A program made the position numbers and the translations under genes. The notes below the pieces were generated by a model that made no database searches, was not told the origin of the DNA, and was given only the letters and a program-made list of their open reading frames with translations. DNA of 64,000 nucleotides, taken from IMG/VR virus record IMGVR_UViG_3300033146_002768, positions 124,001 through 188,000 of that record; one strand, 5' to 3'. Below are positions 60,828 to 64,000 of the stretch, piece by piece (the stretch's first letter is position 1; each line of letters opens with the position of its first letter).

Positions 60828-61174
60828 ATGCAGTATAATATCAATATTAGTTATCAAACTGGTAGTAGTTTTCATACTGAAGAATGTGAGGAACTCATAG
60901 AACGTGACTGGAAAGATGTTGATAAAGTAAAAGAATGTTTACAACGAATACAAAATCATTATGAATTTTATCAAAAATATAGTAATATGTATTCAAAACC
61001 AAAAGTTAAAATTCCAAAAGGTGTTGTATGGGACGAGGATTATAAACAAATTTCATTAGAATTAATAGATGATAATGGAAAACCTTTTCGATATTCAAAT
61101 TTTTGGACTGGATATTTTGAAAAACTTCATATTGCTGAAATTATAATATCGGATAAAGGAATGAGGTATGAACC

Positions 61175-62890
61175 ATGAAATATTCTATAAAAGGAAAACC
61201 AGATGTTAAACTTGTTGGTAACGATTTTGTAACATCAGGTGGAGAAGCTAAGATATTTAGAAGGAACAATATTATATATAAAATATATCATACTCCTTCT
61301 GAGATGATTCCTGACGCCAAAATATATGAACTCCAAGAGATAACCGAACCTAATGTATTAATCCCTAAAGAAATAATAACTGACGTTAAGGGGGTTAGGG
61401 TAGGGTTTACAATGGATTTCGTTGATAACGTTACCCCTTTATGTAAACTATTTACAAACGCGTTTATAAACCAAAATAACGTGTCCAATGATACAATCGT
61501 TGCTTTAGTTGCTGGGATGCAAGAAACAATTTTAAAGATTCATGAAACCAAATCCAAGTGTATTCAAGTGGATGGTAATGAATTAAATTATCTTGTAAGT
61601 GAAAGAGATTTTAAAAAATGTTATTTCATTGATGTAAATTCTTACCAAACTAAATCATTTCCTGCCACCGTTATAATGCCTTCCATTCGTGACTGGTCAT
61701 CAAAAGTATTTAATGAATTAACTGACTGGTTTTCATTTGCTATAATTGCATGTCAATTGTTTGTCGGGACTCATCCGTATAAAGGAAAACACCCTGACTT
61801 TAAAAGACATGATATGATAAATAGAATGAAAGCAAATGTTTCTATATTTAATCAATTTGTCACGACACCAAAGTCTGTTAGAAATTATGACAGAATACCA
61901 GTAAAGTATATGGACTGGTTCCTTGATTTGTTTGAAAAAGGTAAACGGTTATTGCCTCCAAAAGATTATGGAGAATGGAACTCTAAGGTGAGTTATATAG
62001 TAGTAACATCAACTGATAACTTTGTTATTGAAGAGATCAATACTCATATAGCATATGATGAAGCTATTATTGCTCATACTAATATAAATGGAAACCCAAT
62101 AACTAGAACTAAAAAATCTATTTATGCTGGGTCTCAGAAACACAGAGTGGGTACTAATGTTGATGTAGTCCATACACCAACTTCAATGTGTCCTGTAGTA
62201 GTTAAAATAGAACATGATATGCTTCATATTTTATCTTTAGATCCAACAAAAAATGTTGATTTAGGATCTCAGATATCTGCTGAAAAAATCATGATTGTTG
62301 ATGATACTATTTATCTTAAATCAGAAGGTAATTTAGTAGAGATGAGATTTATGGATGGAACACATCTCTCTCAAATTTTATTAATTACAAAAACAGTTTG
62401 GTCTATATCTGAAAAATCATCTCAATTATTTAAAAATATAATAGTTGAAGATTTATTAGGATCGAAGCATGTTTCTATTCCATTACCAAATAAAGCTCAG
62501 AGTCAACTTATAAGAAAACGAGTTGTTGAGCTTGATGATTATAAAGTGTTGGATGGAAAATATAGACAAGATGTTGCAATATTTTCTGTGTTCAATCAAA
62601 CATCTTTGGAATATAAATTGTTGGTATTAACTGGTATTACAACTAATCAGTATAATGTTAGAATCATAAATACTGTAGATTCAAATGCAGTTAACTTTGT
62701 TACACTTGACAATGGTATTGTTATTTTAATTTATGATGATCAGATGGAAATCTTTAGTAATAAGCCATCATCTACAAAAGTTAAAATAATAAAAGATAAA
62801 GAATTAAATTCTGATATGACTCTTTGTAAACGAGGAGTATCAACAAGATTCTTTAGTGGTACTAAACTTTATAGTATCGGAATGAAATAA
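61175..62890 (+). CDS. protein kinase-like protein (TerY-P kinase type)
   Basis: SGGEAKI, YKIYH, DGNELN, FIDVNSYQ, TDWFSFA, HPYKG. Confidence 0.8.
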   Translation: MKYSIKGKPDVKLVGNDFVTSGGEAKIFRRNNIIYKIYHTPSEMIPDAKIYELQEITEPNVLIPKEIITDVKGVRVGFTMDFVDNVTPLCKLFTNAFINQNNVSNDTIVALVAGMQETILKIHETKSKCIQVDGNELNYLVSERDFKKCYFIDVNSYQTKSFPATVIMPSIRDWSSKVFNELTDWFSFAIIACQLFVGTHPYKGKHPDFKRHDMINRMKANVSIFNQFVTTPKSVRNYDRIPVKYMDWFLDLFEKGKRLLPPKDYGEWNSKVSYIVVTSTDNFVIEEINTHIAYDEAIIAHTNINGNPITRTKKSIYAGSQKHRVGTNVDVVHTPTSMCPVVVKIEHDMLHILSLDPTKNVDLGSQISAEKIMIVDDTIYLKSEGNLVEMRFMDGTHLSQILLITKTVWSISEKSSQLFKNIIVEDLLGSKHVSIPLPNKAQSQLIRKRVVELDDYKVLDGKYRQDVAIFSVFNQTSLEYKLLVLTGITTNQYNVRIINTVDSNAVNFVTLDNGIVILIYDDQMEIFSNKPSSTKVKIIKDKELNSDMTLCKRGVSTRFFSGTKLYSIGMK

Positions 62891-62969
62891 ATGAAAGTTA
62901 TGGATCATTGAAGAAATTCTGATACAGATGAAACTAAAAAAATTAAGAACTTGAAAAAGGAGAAAAAGA

Positions 62970-63314
62970 ATGATAACATTTATGTTAGGTGTTTTAGGAA
63001 GTGTGATGTTTTGGTGTATATTTATTCCGATTGATTTTGTTATTGCCATGATGGTTTTAAAGAATATATTTCCAAATGCTTTAAGACCTTTTACAGAAAA
63101 TAAAAGAGTATATAATTCTTGTTGGGGAGCAAATTGTGATTCATATTTATTTGCTGCTCTTATGGTATTAGTATATACATTATTTTGGTATATAATTATT
63201 GTAGGGTTTATATTTTATAAACTTTGTTGTTTCATTTTCCCAGCATTTAAAACTCTTTTTATAAAATTAATAAAAGCAATTCCTGTTATTACAATTAATA
63301 AAGTGGAGGAGTAA
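62970..63314 (+). CDS. membrane protein
   Basis: hydrophobic segments. Confidence 0.55.
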   Translation: MITFMLGVLGSVMFWCIFIPIDFVIAMMVLKNIFPNALRPFTENKRVYNSCWGANCDSYLFAALMVLVYTLFWYIIIVGFIFYKLCCFIFPAFKTLFIKLIKAIPVITINKVEE

Positions 63315-63319
63315 GAAGA

Positions 63320-64000
63320 ATGATTAAATCATTATGTGATACCGACCTGTATAAATTTACAATGATGCAGGTCGTATTTGAAAAGTATACTTCTGCTCAT
63401 GTTCGTTATGATTTTAAATGTAGAAGTGGTAATATTCTGGAAAATCTTGGTAATAATAAATTTAGATTTATAGTTGATGTAACTAAGGCTATACATGAGT
63501 TATGTGAATTAAAATTCATAAAAGAAGAATTAGAATATTTTGAAAAGATTAGATTTTTCAAACCAAACTTTATTGAATTTCTTAGAACATTTCAACTCAA
63601 TGAAAATTATATTAGAATCAATGAAGAGAATGATGATTTAAGTATTATCATTGAAGGACCTTGGATTTCAACAATTCTTTTTGAGGTTCCAATTCTTGCA
63701 ATTGTAAGTGAAACATATCATAAATATCATGATACAGTTGCTACTGCATTGATAACAGGTCAAGAAAAATTTAAAGAAAAAATACAATATCTTGATAATC
63801 ATATTCATAGAGATTCTGATTTGAGAATTAATGACCTTGGAACCAGAAGAAGATTTTCATATGATCATCAGTTGGAAATATTGAGAAATGCATGTCATAG
63901 TAGATATATTAAAGGAACATCAAATGTTCACTTTGCAATGAAACTTGGTTTAACTCCAGTTGGTACTATGGCTCATGAGTATATTTGTGCACATCAACAA
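63320..64000 (+). CDS. pncB: nicotinate phosphoribosyltransferase, truncated by the window edge (not in ORF track)
   Basis: SLCDTDLYKFTMMQ, LFEVPILA, DLGTRRRFS, GTSNV, GTMAHEY. Confidence 0.92.
   Translation, partial: MIKSLCDTDLYKFTMMQVVFEKYTSAHVRYDFKCRSGNILENLGNNKFRFIVDVTKAIHELCELKFIKEELEYFEKIRFFKPNFIEFLRTFQLNENYIRINEENDDLSIIIEGPWISTILFEVPILAIVSETYHKYHDTVATALITGQEKFKEKIQYLDNHIHRDSDLRINDLGTRRRFSYDHQLEILRNACHSRYIKGTSNVHFAMKLGLTPVGTMAHEYICAHQQ

Noticed and set aside
1-64000. Stop-codon reassignment, tRNA or rRNA genes
   Set aside because: Recognisable enzymes are full length in the standard code; no cloverleaf or rRNA-like sequence was seen by eye (tRNAscan not run).

Overview
AT-rich 64-kb segment that looks like part of a large (jumbo-type, T4-like) tailed phage genome; no rRNA, tRNA or CRISPR array was found. 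Layout: (i) 1-14.5 kb is a patchwork of small plus-strand genes behind a repeated CTATATATATTA-N12-14-AAAGGATTAT motif, interleaved with minus-strand genes behind a GAACATATTATAAA(T) motif. Several minus-strand genes encode small basic proteins with an N-terminal L/I-x-E leader resembling a capsid-targeting sequence. (ii) 14.5-52.2 kb is one long minus-strand block: tail-fibre and collagen-like proteins, a REC-PAS regulator, an M15 endolysin, a papain-like protease, and a ~22-kb modification cluster. The cluster holds 12 radical SAM enzymes, two paralogous proteins ending in 6-7 (C-x-C-x-C-N-Y-x) repeats, two carbamoyltransferases, four GT-B-like proteins, a deacetylase, a methyltransferase and an SGNH-like protein. 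(iii) 52.3-64 kb is a plus-strand block with phosphoesterases, NADAR, NAD-dependent ligase, PncA, a vWA/PP2C/kinase (TerY-P-like) triad and a truncated PncB. The leading hypothesis (inference) is a phage-encoded, RiPP-like system that post-translationally modifies Cys-rich virion fibre proteins. All family calls rest on motifs read by eye; no searches were run.
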